The notes beneath the pieces were generated by a model. The model saw only the letters and a program-made list of their open reading frames with translations. It searched no databases and was not told the origin of the DNA. A DNA stretch of 64,000 nt, from the NCBI RefSeq assembly GCF_009834535.1, contig NC_045696.1, positions 75,580,001-75,644,000 of the forward strand. Direction: 5' to 3'. Position 1 is the first letter of the stretch. Each line of letters opens with the position of its first letter. Positions 1 to 11,830 of the stretch are shown piece by piece. The DNA comes from Camelus ferus. Taxonomy: Eukaryota. The position numbers were made by a program, and so were the translations under genes.

Positions 1-270
1 AGGGGGGAAGAAAGGAAGGAGGGAACGAAGAGAGAGAGAGAAAGAGAGAAAGAAAGAAAGAAAGAGAGAGAGAGAAAGAAAGAAAGAAAGAAAAGAAAGG
101 AAGAGAGAAAGAGAGAAAGGAAGAGAGAAAGGAAGAAAGAAAGGAAGAAAGAAAGAAAGAAAGGAAGGAAGAAAGGAAGGAAGAAAGAAAAGAAGAAAGA
201 AAAGAAAGAAGAAAGAAAGAAAGAAAAGAAGAAAGAAAGAAAGAAAAGAACGAAGAAAAGAACAAACAAA
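1..270. repeat. Purine-rich compound microsatellite (GA/GAAA/GGAA)n
   Basis: Almost entirely A/G over about 260 bp, ending in (AAAC)n; read directly. Confidence 0.95.
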
Positions 271-519
271 CCTATCCAAGGGGAGAAGTTCTGGAATTTG
301 TGGGAGGCAAATGAAACCCATGCATAGAGAAAGTAACGGCATGGGATGACTAATCTCACCTAAGGAAGAAACACTCTTACTGAGAATAACTATATCAATA
401 TATGTAAAAGAAAATTTATTACAGTATCCTTTAAAACAAGAAATATTGGAAATCACATAAATACCTCTCTGTGAAAATAATGTATGCTTACATTGTAATC
501 CTTAATGGATGCTGTTTCA

Positions 520-1420
520 TTTTATGCTTCTACATACATCTAATTTTTTCCCTTAGGATAAATTCCTACAAAAAGAATTTCTATATCAAAGGATATACAT
601 GTATTAATTGATTCAATTAATTCAGTATTTTGCAATCTCCATGCCAGAAAGGTTTTAAAACATTTAAATTAATTGTTTGAGTGATAGATGTTTTAAAAAT
701 TATACTCCCACCAGCAGAATATGAAAATTCCTATTTATTTACCTCTTGGACATTAGGTATTATCCTTTTTTTCCTACACTCTAATAGATAAATATTACAT
801 TTTACTGTCTTTATAATTTTTTGTTGTTGTTGTTATTAATAGACCAAGCATTTAAAATGCTCACAGGCCATTTTTATTTCTTCTTTTACTAGTTACCTCT
901 TCATGTCCTAAGTCCATTTTGGGGGGCTACTTTTTTCTCTTCATATTCATTTAAAGAACCATTTATGTATTCACCTCAAATATGTTGCAAATAGTTTTCC
1001 CAGTTTATGTTTGCATTTAATTGATTATTTTCTTTGTTGTTATATGGGCTGTTCTAATTTTTAGGTAGTTGCATTTATCAGGCTTCTACTTTTGGCCTGC
1101 TTTTAGTGTCATGCCTAGAAAGATTTTCTCTAGCACGATGTCATTTAAAATAAAAATTTATTTTCTCCTATTATCAGTATGGCTTATATTTTTTATATAT
1201 AATTTTTTAATCTTGATAACATTTGTCATGGTAAAAAGTAGGAATCTGACTTTTTCCCCTAAGCAATTAGCCAGTTTTCCCAATATCATCTATTGGGGTA
1301 TCTCTTTATCACATTTAAAATTTTTTCACATGCTTCCGTTTCATACTAGTCTGTTCTTACAGTTCGCACCACACTGTCCAAATATTATCATTCTGAATTA
1401 CATTAACATCTGAGAGATAC
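520..1420 (-). mobile_element. Old L1 (L1ME/L1MC-like) 3' region fragment
   Basis: Antisense L1 motifs: 'ttaggataaattccta', 'tatactcccaccagcag', 'atatgttgcaaatagttttcccag', 'gccagttttcccaatatc'. Confidence 0.7.
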
Positions 1421-2329
1421 TATCTCACTCCATCACCCTTTTTTATATGTTTCTACTGTACTTTTTATTTATCCAATTATGGAAGAGACTAAAATGCCAA
1501 AAAAAAAAAAACCCTCAACAAAACAGTAAAAAGATCTTAGTGTTAAGAACTAACTCTTGTAAGAAGGAAAAGCAGGAGTATTAAAGATTTTTTGGATGAT
1601 TTCAAAGAGGATAAAGATTATCTAGCAGAGGAATCTAATTCTGATTCAACTTTAGATTCTCCAGACTCTGTTGATCCAGTTAATCATATAACAACTGCCA
1701 CTTCAACAGATTTGGAAAGCAATTTGATAGCCTCCATAAGGCTGTAATACCCAGGACCAAAATAACTACTGACTGACCAGACATTCAATTAAAATAGGGA
1801 ACACTCAGACAAATGATGCACACTTGGCCTTTAGGAACTCAAGACGTGTATTTCATGACCAACCAGTGATAATGAGCTATTTCTGTCTAAGAAGCAATGT
1901 ACCTCCAGTGACCATGTGGTATCTAATTGTAAGGAAGCCCAGGCCTGCACTTGGGAATGCACCACTGAAATCCTTACTATTTGCAGAGTGAAACTTGTGG
2001 CACAAGTAGGAGACATGGACTTTTTAAGAAGTTTCTGATACCTGGGCTCCACCAGGAACTTAAGGAACTAAAGACACCTACTCCACCCTAATCTCCAAAG
2101 GTGAGCATATTTATTACTTTCCATGTGTCCACCTTTCATAACTGTATCAGTAAAAAAATTCCCAATATAGATAATAAAATATAATTTTAAAGTTTGAAAT
2201 GCTAATCTTACAACTTTAAATAAAAAGAGTCAGTAAGAGTGATTCTTCCAAAACTACCATCTCTTTTATCTCAGATTAATAGATTTAATCTAGCTTTGTA
2301 CAAGAACTGAAAGTCCCCTTAGGATATCT

Positions 2330-2715
2330 CTAATAAGATGGTTGTTCAGCCTCTTTTTGAATATTTTCAGAGTCAGGAAGCTCACACTTTTCTAAGGCAG
2401 CTCATTCTGCTTCTTTTTAAAAAAATTAGGTCAGCTATCTCTTCCTGTGACTTCTGTGGTTCTGTCCTCTGGAGCCTGACACACAGCACATACCTACACG
2501 CTCTTTGACAAGCCAGTTCTTTAAATGTAGAATGAGATCAAGTGCCTGCAGGATCTCCAAGCCGCCCATTCTTATTCCTGCAACTGCTCCTCCCACAGTG
2601 CTATTCTCAGGCCTTTCCTGGTTCCCTCTGGTCTATGAGAACATGGGGCTCCAAACCAAATGCAAATTCTGAGTCAGAGTCGATTAACATAGAGTATAGT
2701 GAGAGGAATCATTTA
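2330..2715 (-). mobile_element. L3/CR1 LINE fragment
   Basis: 'gatggttgttcagcctctttttgaatattttcagagtcaggaagctcac...aggcagctcattc' resembles the recalled antisense L3 3' region. Confidence 0.55.
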
Positions 2716-2729
2716 AAAAATCGATATAT

Positions 2730-2810
2730 TTGTCTTTGTTTCCCAGTGTCCAGGTCAACAGGTACATAGGTGCTTATTAAATATTTGAAGTCATAAGTGA
2801 ATGAACAAGA
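2730..2810 (+). mobile_element. L2 3' end remnant
   Basis: 'cccagtgtccagg...acataggtgcttattaaatatttg...gtgaatgaa'. Confidence 0.5.
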
Positions 2811-4199
2811 CACTTGATCCTTTTCATGACCATTGAAAGAATTTTACCAAATAGGTTGTGCTTCTTACCAGAACAAGTCTTTTGTACATATGTCCCTGTT
2901 CCTTGAAGTGTGTGGGAAAAATCATAGTAGGGCAGATTAAGTAAATTTTAAGCTTAAACTTTGCTTAGGTAGCTTCAAGTGCTGTATACATTTTACTTTA
3001 TTTTTATGTTGTTTAGAGTTCTAGGACCTAGAGCAGAGATTTGGTTTGTGGCGGCTCTATGGATCTCAGGAAGGAACATTTCATGTGGAAAGTTGCTGCG
3101 ATGGCCCAGTGCACAGACATCGGTCTTTTTTAACGTGCTGGTGCCAGAGGACGTGCCCCTTTGTTTAATGCCCAGGCAGTCTGTTTCTCTGCTGCAGGTT
3201 ACTTTTGTTAGTGTTTCTGCCGTTGCCAGAGGTGTTTCTGTTGAACCTGGCATCTGTTTGTGCACTTTTTCCAAAACTGAAAGCTAATTTAGGCTTTGTA
3301 GTGTAAGAGACCTGCTAGCTCTTTCCCCATCTGATTTTACTTCAGCCCCAAATTGCCACTGTAATGAGGCCATTTTTAACTTTTTTTCCTCCCAAATGAC
3401 TTATTTTTCCTAGTGATTTTTTTCTCCCCTGGAATCTGACCTTGTACATCTGTGGTTGAGTTTTATTAGGGAAGCTTTCTACTAATACTTCGTGACTTCC
3501 CCAATTCTCCTCTGCCCTCTTCCCCACTTCCCACTGCAACTTCTTGGTCTCGTATTTGTATAAACTTTCCTTTGTCCATAACAGAATTGGCTCTGTGCCT
3601 TGCACTCTCTCATAACTACGCACTTAGCATATTGTGGGCTATTTCAGGGTGGGATGAGACTCATTCCTAGGGAAGTGAAGAAGAATTAGCTGCAATATTA
3701 AAGAACAATCATGGTCTCAAAATTTCTACATGGAGAATTTTAGGAGTGATAATCTGGTTGAAAGCATTGGAGGAAGGGTGTGGCTAGTGGCGTTGTGTTG
3801 AAGCTGTGTTCAAATGTAAAGCAAAGTTTCTACTTAGATTGTATCTTTGTTGAGGGTAAGAGGTGATTAAAGATCATTGTGGCAACTAAAGCCAACTTAG
3901 CTAGTCATCTGTTCCACCACTGCGTGCCTTCATTCCAGATGTTAAGTGATCAGAAGGAGCGCCCTCTTGAGTACTTGGCTTGCTCCTTCCCCAGGGTCTG
4001 CTTCCCTTTGTTTTATGACAAGGCTAGGATGGACAAAGGCAGCTCAGCAATAGAAATGAGAACTCAGGAATCTAGTGTCTGCCTTGGCTCCAGATTTGCA
4101 AGAGTCAAGCCTGCCTCCTCCAATTCCCTCGACCCAACTTCCTACCCTTGTGCTCCTTCTGGGATGCTCTTGGTATGTGGTGTGGGGAGAGGGAAAACA

Positions 4200-4320
4200 C
4201 ATTGGCTCAAGAGTCAATGCCTGGGTTGGGATTCAGGCTGTGGTACCTGTTAGTATTAGGACCTGGGCTGGTTATTTAGCATCTCTGAGCTTTGGGTAAC
4301 TTCATCTGGGAAATGGGGGT
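4200..4320 (+). mobile_element. MIR SINE fragment
   Basis: 'tgcctgggttgggattcaggctg...acctgggctggttatttagcatctctgagc...catctgggaaatgggg' resembles the MIR core. Confidence 0.6.
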
Positions 4321-4803
4321 GAAAAACCAAAACAAAACAACTACCTTTTAATTTTGTTGATGAGTGGGAAGATTGAACCAGATATTGGGTGCTGAAGTTC
4401 TCTTTGTATTAGAAAGTGTTGAACAGATACTACTCCTTCTCTGCCTGCAAGGAAACAATGAAAATTATGTAACAATTTGAAAAATATGAAGAGCTTTCTC
4501 CACCTTCTGGTTGTATTTAATTCAGTTCCATTCAATATATTCTTTAATTGGATTGATGTAGTTTATGGAAGGGTGGTGTATGGAGGGGTTTAGACTTACT
4601 GACGGTAGTTCCTTAGCATCAACTTAACATATAGGACTGCACTTGTGCTGTGGTCAAAATTCAATGAAACATCTTATAATAATACAAATAACAACTTGTA
4701 AGAAAACCGCTTCTTAGACAGTGAGTCCTGTGATAGAATTTTATGTGGTGTGTGTGCATTGTGCCTGTTCAAGGGCCAATCACTTCTTTCCTTCTACCCA
4801 AAA

Positions 4804-4806
<3 letters not shown>

Positions 4807-4843
<37 letters not shown>

Positions 4844-4854
4844 CGCACATGTGT
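4807..4854. repeat. (TG)n/(CG)n microsatellite
   Basis: Read directly. Confidence 0.95.
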
Positions 4855-5007
4855 TTCTCTACATGGAAGACCTGAAGACCTACTATTTCACAGGCATGCA
4901 TGTACGTGATGATGTGAATGCCAGTACACACCGTGATGCAGTAGGTTACAGTCGGGCATGCTGCTACTCTAAAAAGAAGAAAGGTCATAGCAAGATAACC
5001 TTTCCTC

Positions 5008-5215
5008 AAGTCTGAATGCCTGCTTTTGAACCCTATCTCTACCACTAATGTGCTATCTGACCTGATAAACTGCCTTCCCAAGTTCACTTTCTCAGCCATA
5101 AAGTAAGAGTTTTAATTTTTAAAATATTCACCTCATAGGGTTTTGGGAAAGATTTCACATAATACGTGTGAAAGATATTTGTAAATTAAAGTGCTATATA
5201 TGTGGCAGTTTTATT
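5008..5215 (+). mobile_element. MIR SINE
   Basis: 'tgcctgcttttgaaccctatctctaccactaa...cacctcatagggttttgggaaagatt...aatacgtgtgaaag'. Confidence 0.6.
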
Positions 5216-6511
5216 AATAAGGTGTGGGGGGGGGGTTCCTGTGTGGTGCACCAGCTTTGCTTTCCCAAAGGCAGAGGGTGGGGGGACACTATGAGGGAAT
5301 CAGAAGTTGATGCCCTGTGAGTACTTGGCCTGAAAGCCAAAGTGAGGACAGCTTCTCCCTATTGAGAATCTCCCTTCCATGTACTTCCATGCTCACAGAG
5401 TAAAAGAAAGAGTGATAGCGGGAGGACTATCAGAAATGGAAACTTCCTTCCACAGCCCATAGGGTCACTCAATAGTATCTTATCACAAAGAATGAGATAA
5501 AGGAAAAAAAGTATATTAATTTTAACACATCTTAATTGAACCCAAAGACACTTTTCTGTGTGTGAATCAGTTGAAATCTTTTAGAATTGCACTGACCCCT
5601 AAAAGGAGACAGTCATATACAATTATATGAAAAGTGAGTCCTCAAGTAGAGTGGAATATGTCATGCTAATGTTGTTTTCTTTTTCCTTATGTAAATATAA
5701 TTAATCTATTTTACAAAAAGGCACCTCCAACATTTTTAGAATGAGCCTTTGAGGTTTTTTTATTGCAAGAGTAAAAGAGCAGATCAGTAAACCCGAACTC
5801 CAAATGATGTTGATGATATTAATCCTAGATGGCATTTACTAGAGTAAGTGTGGGAAAATAGTAATTTTACATTTGCATTCAGTGATTTTAAAATAAACAT
5901 ACATTTGGATGAACTTACTTTTTCTCTCAAATGCAGGTTTACTAGATTGAGAAAGATTTGCATTTATTAGATCTGGGGAAGATTTGCATTATTTTTACTA
6001 TGTACAAAGTTGAGAGTCTTACTTTTGCTTAAGATGTGTGAAAGAACACTTAGTTCCCTTCCTGATTTTGTGTGGGTGGCCAAGGAACTTGGATGCCTTC
6101 AGGGATGCAGGACAGGTTCACTGATCTGTAACCCCAGATCAAGGTCAGAGAAGGCCTGAAGCAACAGATGGCTGTGAGGCGCTGCCTCACCTGAGGAGAG
6201 GGACAAAGCTGTAGCTGTATTGGAGAGAAGCTGTCACAGGTTAGAGAGATCTGTCTGTGGGCTCCAGGGCTGAGACAGTAGACACGTTGCCGAGAGCACC
6301 TTGAACAACCCTACTACATGGTCTTCGTCAGTTGTTTTCACAGCCCTGGACGTCGGTGATGTGTGCTCAGGGGCATCTGATATCTCAGCTAAATGAGAGT
6401 CCAGTCTACGAGAGGGGCTATAATGCTGCCAGTATGAGTTAAACCATGGGTAATCATTAGCTAACCCCATTTCAGCTGTAACCTGCCTTCACGAATCAAG
6501 ATGATTTTCAC

Positions 6512-7005
6512 TGTTGCTACAGAAGACTTGCATGTTCTCTAAGCAGCAGGCAGCCTAGACAATAAGATGTTTGCCTGAGTTGTTTTCCGAGAACTTGGAG
6601 TCAGCTGCCTAGTTCAGCTGAGCCTAGAGTCAGCACATCTTGTTCAAGCTGAGCTGGTTAAGACTGGATGGGGATGCTGACCCTTCAACGGGGTGTGCGT
6701 GAGTGTCTGCTGGGTGATCTTTTGACCATGCAGACGCCATGGCTTAGTTACACCTGCATAGAACCCTGATTACTGCACATTTTCCCAGTCACCTTTGCCC
6801 ACACCTCAGACCATTCTGCAGCTTTATTCTTTTTCCCATAAATATCTCGAGCCTCTTGCCTTCAGGGAGGTGGATCTGAGACTTGCTCTCCCATCTCCTC
6901 ACTTGGCTGCCTTACAAATAAACCCTCTCTTTGTGGCAAACCTCGGTGTCTCAGCATCTTGTCTGCTTGCTGTGCATCAGACAAAACAAACCTGGTTCAG
7001 TAACT
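6512..7005 (+). mobile_element. ERV1-class solo LTR (MER34/MER39-like)
   Basis: About 490 bp. Starts TGTTGC; TATA-like 'cccataaata' at about 6835; 'ttcagggaggtggatctgagacttgctctccc'; AATAAA at about 6917; U5-like end 'ggttcagtaac'. No internal ERV sequence. Confidence 0.8.
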
Positions 7006-8114
7006 CGAGGACTTCCGTGGGGAAATTAGAAAATGGAAAGAATGGCACAAGAGGAGGAAGGGATGGAAATTAGACAATATTTCTTCGGTCAGCCCTTAGT
7101 GCCTTTCTTTCACATTTTGCAAGCACTTTCCGAAAGGCCATGTTTTGATAATGAAGCTCATGACCAAAGGTGTTCTGGGGCTTTAGACTATAAACACTAT
7201 AGAAAGACACATGCTGACTCTCCATACCATGCTGCACTGGGATTTGCACAGCCTCCCGTTGTCATCACTAGTACAAACTAAATGGACACATCCATCAGTT
7301 AGGGTTTTATTAGAGCACAAATGTGCCCTCTTACATGAGGCAGCACTGGGCTGAGTACTGTTTGTGACACACTAACCGTGGAATCAGAAAGTTTACACCA
7401 ACCTTCCAAAAGTGGCAATATTCAGAACATATAAAATGATGATAGGTAAATGAGAATCAAATTAGCTAATATGTACAAAGAAAGCACCATACCCAATAAG
7501 TACAAATGTAAAATATAGTTATTGTAGATAATTTTGGATTACCTTTCTACCACGCCCCACTTAATTAGAATCTGAAAGTGGTAATACATTTCCCCAAAGC
7601 TTCTAATTAATTTCCTTAATGTAGTTTACCTATAACACACTCTAAAACAGCTAGGTAGGATCTGTCTCATCCAGTTTCCTCAAAGCATTAAACAGTCTAT
7701 GTAAAAATACGAAATATTCCAGATTCTCCAGGGCTGGTCTTTCAATCTTCATACAATTTATATATTCAGACAGTTTGATTAAGTCAGATATGAGACTGAC
7801 ACAAGCTAGAGTTAAATCTAATTTCTCTCAATTGTGCACACGCTGGTAGATATTGCAGAACCCAGCCAAGTGTGCAGGAATTCCAGGTGGTGTTCTTTTC
7901 ATCAAGCAGTCATGGTTCACTAGCCTGCTTCCTCTTTTAAGGTGGAATTAGGAACATACACTGACATCTTTATCTAAACCAGATCAGCACGCCTGGTAGA
8001 ATGCACTGCAACACTATGGACTGCAACCGTGAGTGCCTGGCATGTGATATTATGGTAGAGGACGTCGAGCAAGTGCACATGAAGAAAGCATAGGTAACAG
8101 TAACCTAACCAAAT

Positions 8115-8325
8115 CTGGTTGAACAGTTACTGTGTGTAAGGCACTATCCTACCCACAGGAGGTCTAGTTACCACTTCCATGAATCTCAAGTGGTAGGTAC
8201 CACTATTATTTCTATATTACATATGAGAAATATAGAGCTAGAGTGTTTAAATGATTTTCCCATGGCCAAATGGCAAGACGGATGCAGAACTCAAATCATC
8301 TGATTGCAGACCCAGGCCCTTAACC
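8115..8325 (-). mobile_element. MIR SINE
   Basis: 'tactgtgtgtaaggcact...gtaggtaccactattatt...catatgagaaatatagagctagagtgtttaaatgattttcccatggcca'. Confidence 0.7.
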
Positions 8326-8854
8326 ATTCTTTGTTTCAATTTTTTGCTTTGGCCTTTAGACATTTGAATGTTTGATACATTTACCTAGTAACCTGGTTAA
8401 GCATCTCTTACCTATATGTCCACCTTATCTACTTTCTTAGAGAAAAGAAATCCAGCCATTAATAAACTGATTATCTACCATTTCCTGGTGCAAAGAGTTC
8501 ACTAGCGCATTAACTAACACCAAAGTAAAACGAAACTAAACAAGACAAAAATTCAGGCTGGAAACTTTAGCCTTGAACCATTTATCAAAGCAGGTACATT
8601 CTGTGCTTTAATATATGGCTATTCCATCCTGAAGGTTCTTCTTCTAAGAGAAGATTCATGAAGAAATGTACAGATAAGAAATTTTAAACAAACGAGACAG
8701 TAGGACATAAGGTTTTCTAGGCAGAAAGCATATTTTTAGGAAAACCTTCTCTGTTTAATACGTGAAACTCAGTTTGGATCCTGATGAATTATATTCAACA
8801 CAATTTGCAATTAAGATGCTTGAAAGTAATTAACTTAAATAACCCTCAAATATG

Positions 8855-9090
8855 AAGCAATATTGTTTAAAATCATGGACTCTGGAGTCAGGCAACTTGA
8901 ATTCAAATCCCAAATTTGTCACTATTTGTGTGGCCTTGGGCAAAACAATCTGTCAAAGCCCTTGTTTCTTCCTTTGGAAGATGAAAATAATTATGTATCT
9001 ACTTCAAAAGTTTGGAGGAATAAATCCAATAACATTTGTGAGTTTTAAGCTCAGTTCCCACATTGTCATAAGCAATTAGTAAGTAGTGGC
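8855..9090 (+). mobile_element. MIR SINE
   Basis: 'ggactctggagtcagg...ttcaaatccc...tgtgtggccttgggcaa...gtttcttcctttggaagatg'. Confidence 0.8.
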
Positions 9091-9344
9091 TGTTTGTATC
9101 TTGGTCTATGGTGCTTGGGAGAGATCTAGGGTAATAAAAAGACATGAGTATCAAAGGCATACAAGTATTAGGTGTTGTTGTGAGTTTGGATTTATTTCTT
9201 CAGGGATTATGCATAAAGGAAAAAGAAGAAAGAGGCGAGGATAAACCATCTAGGGTAGGAGAGTGAGGAGTAAACAGCCCATGAGGAGGACTGATGGGTG
9301 ACTGGAGGAATAGAAATAAAATCAGAATCTTAGGAAAGAGGGAG

Positions 9345-9595
9345 TGTGTTAGGGTTTTCCAGAGAAATAGAACAGAGGGATGGATAGATAGACAGACAGA
9401 CAGACAGATAGATAGATAGGTAGGTAGGTAGGTAGATAGATTTATTGTAGGAATTGGCTCACTGTGGAGGCTAAGTCTCCCAGTCTCTCCTCTGCGAGCT
9501 GGAAAACCAGGAAAGGGGGTGGTGTCATTCAGTCTGAGTTCAAAGACCCGAGAACCAAGGGAGCCAATGATATAAGTCCTATTCCAAGGCCTGAC
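9345..9595 (-). mobile_element. ERVL LTR (MLT2-like), partial, with internal GATA/GACA/GGTA microsatellite at about 9380-9440
   Basis: 'tgtgttagggttttccagagaaatagaac...gatttattgtaggaattggctcac...gagctggaaaaccagg...agtctgagttcaaagacccgagaacc'. Confidence 0.85.
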
Positions 9596-9944
9596 AATCT
9601 GGATATTATGAAAAAATGCATAAAAGCATAACATAAGGTAGCTGCTGAAACAGAGACATGCACCAAATGCTGTGACAACACAGCAAGAAAATCTACAAAG
9701 ACTGAGTATCATTTGTGTATCAACAGACGGGGATCTCGGGGGACATTCTATCTTAGAGAAACTAAGGCTGTAAGCAATTAATAACTTGAGTTTGAACTCA
9801 AGGTGAAATGGGTCTAGATTCAACACTATACCCCTCCACACTGTCTTTGCTTATTAATTCCAAGGACAAGGTGGTTTTTATTAGCTTCCTATAGAAAAAA
9901 GGAGTGTATTTTTCTAGTTATTAACATGGAAGACAATTTAATGT

Positions 9945-10125
9945 GATTATGCTATGGATTTAGACAGACCTGAGTTTGAAGCCTGACTCAGCTGCCTACC
10001 AGCTGTGTGACCTAAAACAACGTATTTAATCTCTGTGCCTTTCATTTATTCAGTCATTTAAGGATTAAATGAGATAGTACGTAGCGAGTGGTTCGCACAG
10101 ACCCTGACCCATAGTGAACAGTTCA
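9945..10125 (+). mobile_element. MIR SINE
   Basis: 'agacctgagtttgaagcctgactc...agctgtgtgacct...aatctctgtgcct...aggattaaatgagata'. Confidence 0.8.
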
Positions 10126-10369
10126 GAAACCTTGTTTGTTTTTATCTTAATAGTCTCATTAACATGGGTACTATTGTTATGACCCACTAACCTTGAAAGA
10201 AAAGTTCCATATCTGAGAAAAGACTAGGCTAACGGTATCACTGTCACAGAAACTTTGGAACTTGAAGGCAGCAGAACCTGAAAATTGCTTAGTTGAGATC
10301 TCAAAGACCTGATTTGCATTATGTCAAAACATATGCTACTTGCAACGAGGATGCCAGTGATTAAGTATG

Positions 10370-10610
10370 AGTGAGATGTGCAGACTAAGTATTATGGGAA
10401 TGGAGAGGAGAGAATGAATACCATGACCAGAGCAGGGGCTCTCCAGGCTGGGTGCAGCAGGAGCAAAGGCATGGAAGAGGCAACATAAAAGTTTGTTTAG
10501 AGTGTGGTAAGTGGGGTGGTTTGGCTAGAGTGGAGGGACCAGGCTGGAGCGTTGATGTCGGAGAGGCAAAGCTCAGACAAGATCCAGAGGTAGGATGCGC
10601 ATGTGAGAAC
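10370..10610 (-). mobile_element. L2 fragment
   Basis: 'tccaggctgggtgcagcaggagcaaaggcatggaag...ggtttggctagagtggaggg'. Confidence 0.5.
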
Positions 10611-10934
10611 ATATTCTTGCCAGAGACGGAATATGTCTGTAATCACTTTATTTGCTTTGAAGAGTTTTCTCTCAAGGAAAGTAGTGTCATTCTGCAACCA
10701 GAAATTAAATATAATTTTTTCTTAGTTCTGTTTAAATATATTTTGTAACGATGCCATTTAAAACGTATTAACCTCCTCATCAACAGTGTTGTTACCAAAG
10801 AGGACCCTCTTGTTCCTCCTTCTGCTTGCTTCAGTGGGCTCTCTTTCTCATCTAAGCCCTATAGACTTTACCCTAGAACCATCTGAAAACTTTCAATCTG
10901 TTGTATTTTCACCTAAGAATCTTGCCTCCTAAAC

Positions 10935-11495
10935 GTGTGTGTCAGTGCATAACTATTTTCAGTGCAGTATTGTTTGTAACCACAAAAAATGGGAAATAAA
11001 CTTAATGTCCATTAGTAAGGACATTAAAATAAATAGTGGTATAGTTATACAATAGAAAACTATTCAATAGTAAAATGAAACTAAATCTAAATGATTTAAA
11101 ACATAATGTTGAGTTTAAAAAAAGCAAGCTGTGAAGTGATGTTTAGAGTATGACAGCATTTTATAAATTTAAAAATTCACACAGCAATAATACATACTAT
11201 TTATGGAAACGTGAATATATTTAATAAAGGCATTAAAACATGGAGTGTTTTAGGGAGAGATAGATTAAATTCATAACAATAATTGAGTTTGAGATGGGAA
11301 TGTGGTATCTGGGATTGGGAGAGAAGTAAAAGAGGGCTTCAATGTTAACTAAAAAGCTTTGTTTCTTTTGTAAAAAATGAGAAAAAAATGACAAAATATA
11401 AACTTTTATTCATCTGGGGAAGGTTTATATTTAGGCTGCTATATTTCTCTCTGTAGTTTTCTGTATTTTTTCCATCTTATCAAGAATAAAATTAA
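10935..11495 (+). mobile_element. Old L1 (L1ME-like) 3' UTR
   Basis: 'gcagtattgtttgtaac...aatgtccattagtaagg...aataaatagtggtatagttatacaatagaa...aaaacataatgttgagt'. Confidence 0.75.
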
Positions 11496-11514
11496 AGATA
11501 AAAATGATCATTAA

Positions 11515-11830
11515 CAACCTTCACTCATTTCATGGTGCTCAAAATGTACCAACTTTCAGTTATAAGATGAATAAATTCTGGGGATGTAATTTACAGCATG
11601 ATGACTATAGTTAACAATACTTCATTGTATGTTTGAAAGTTGTTAAGAGAGTAGATCTTAAAAATTCTCATCTTAAGAAAAATAGCTGTAACTATGGGAA
11701 GTGATGTATGTTAAGTAAAGTTTTTGTGGTAATCATTTTGCAATTTGTACATATATCAAATCATTATGTTGTACACCTAAAATTAATACAATGCTACATG
11801 TCAATTACATCTCAATAAAAAGAAAGAAAG
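11515..11830 (+). mobile_element. 5'-truncated L1 3' end (L1MA9-like) with A-rich tail and 15-bp TSD
   Basis: 'cagttataagatgaataaattctggggatgtaat...tcaattacatctcaataaaa'; TSD aaaaatgatcattaa at 11500-11514 and 11831-11845. Confidence 0.92.

Noticed and set aside
2979..3287. Overlapping ~100-aa ORFs on both strands in unique DNA
   Set aside because: Non-ATG starts, no recognisable domain and no convincing pair of splice sites
4906..5015. Box C (GTGATGA) ... box D (CTGA) snoRNA-like arrangement
   Set aside because: The terminal stem is not in kink-turn register, the D box lies in the start of a MIR, and no guide sequence is recognisable
4721..5099. Three overlapping ORFs with CVCV/HTHT runs
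   Set aside because: Stop-free because of the (TG)n repeat
8001..8093. 30-aa Cys-containing ORF MHCNTMDCNRECLACDIMVEDVEQVHMKKA
   Set aside because: Too short to separate from chance; no family recognised
9200..9841. Longest tracked ORF (213 aa)
   Set aside because: Runs through an MLT2-like LTR and a GATA/GACA microsatellite, giving a low-complexity peptide; non-ATG start
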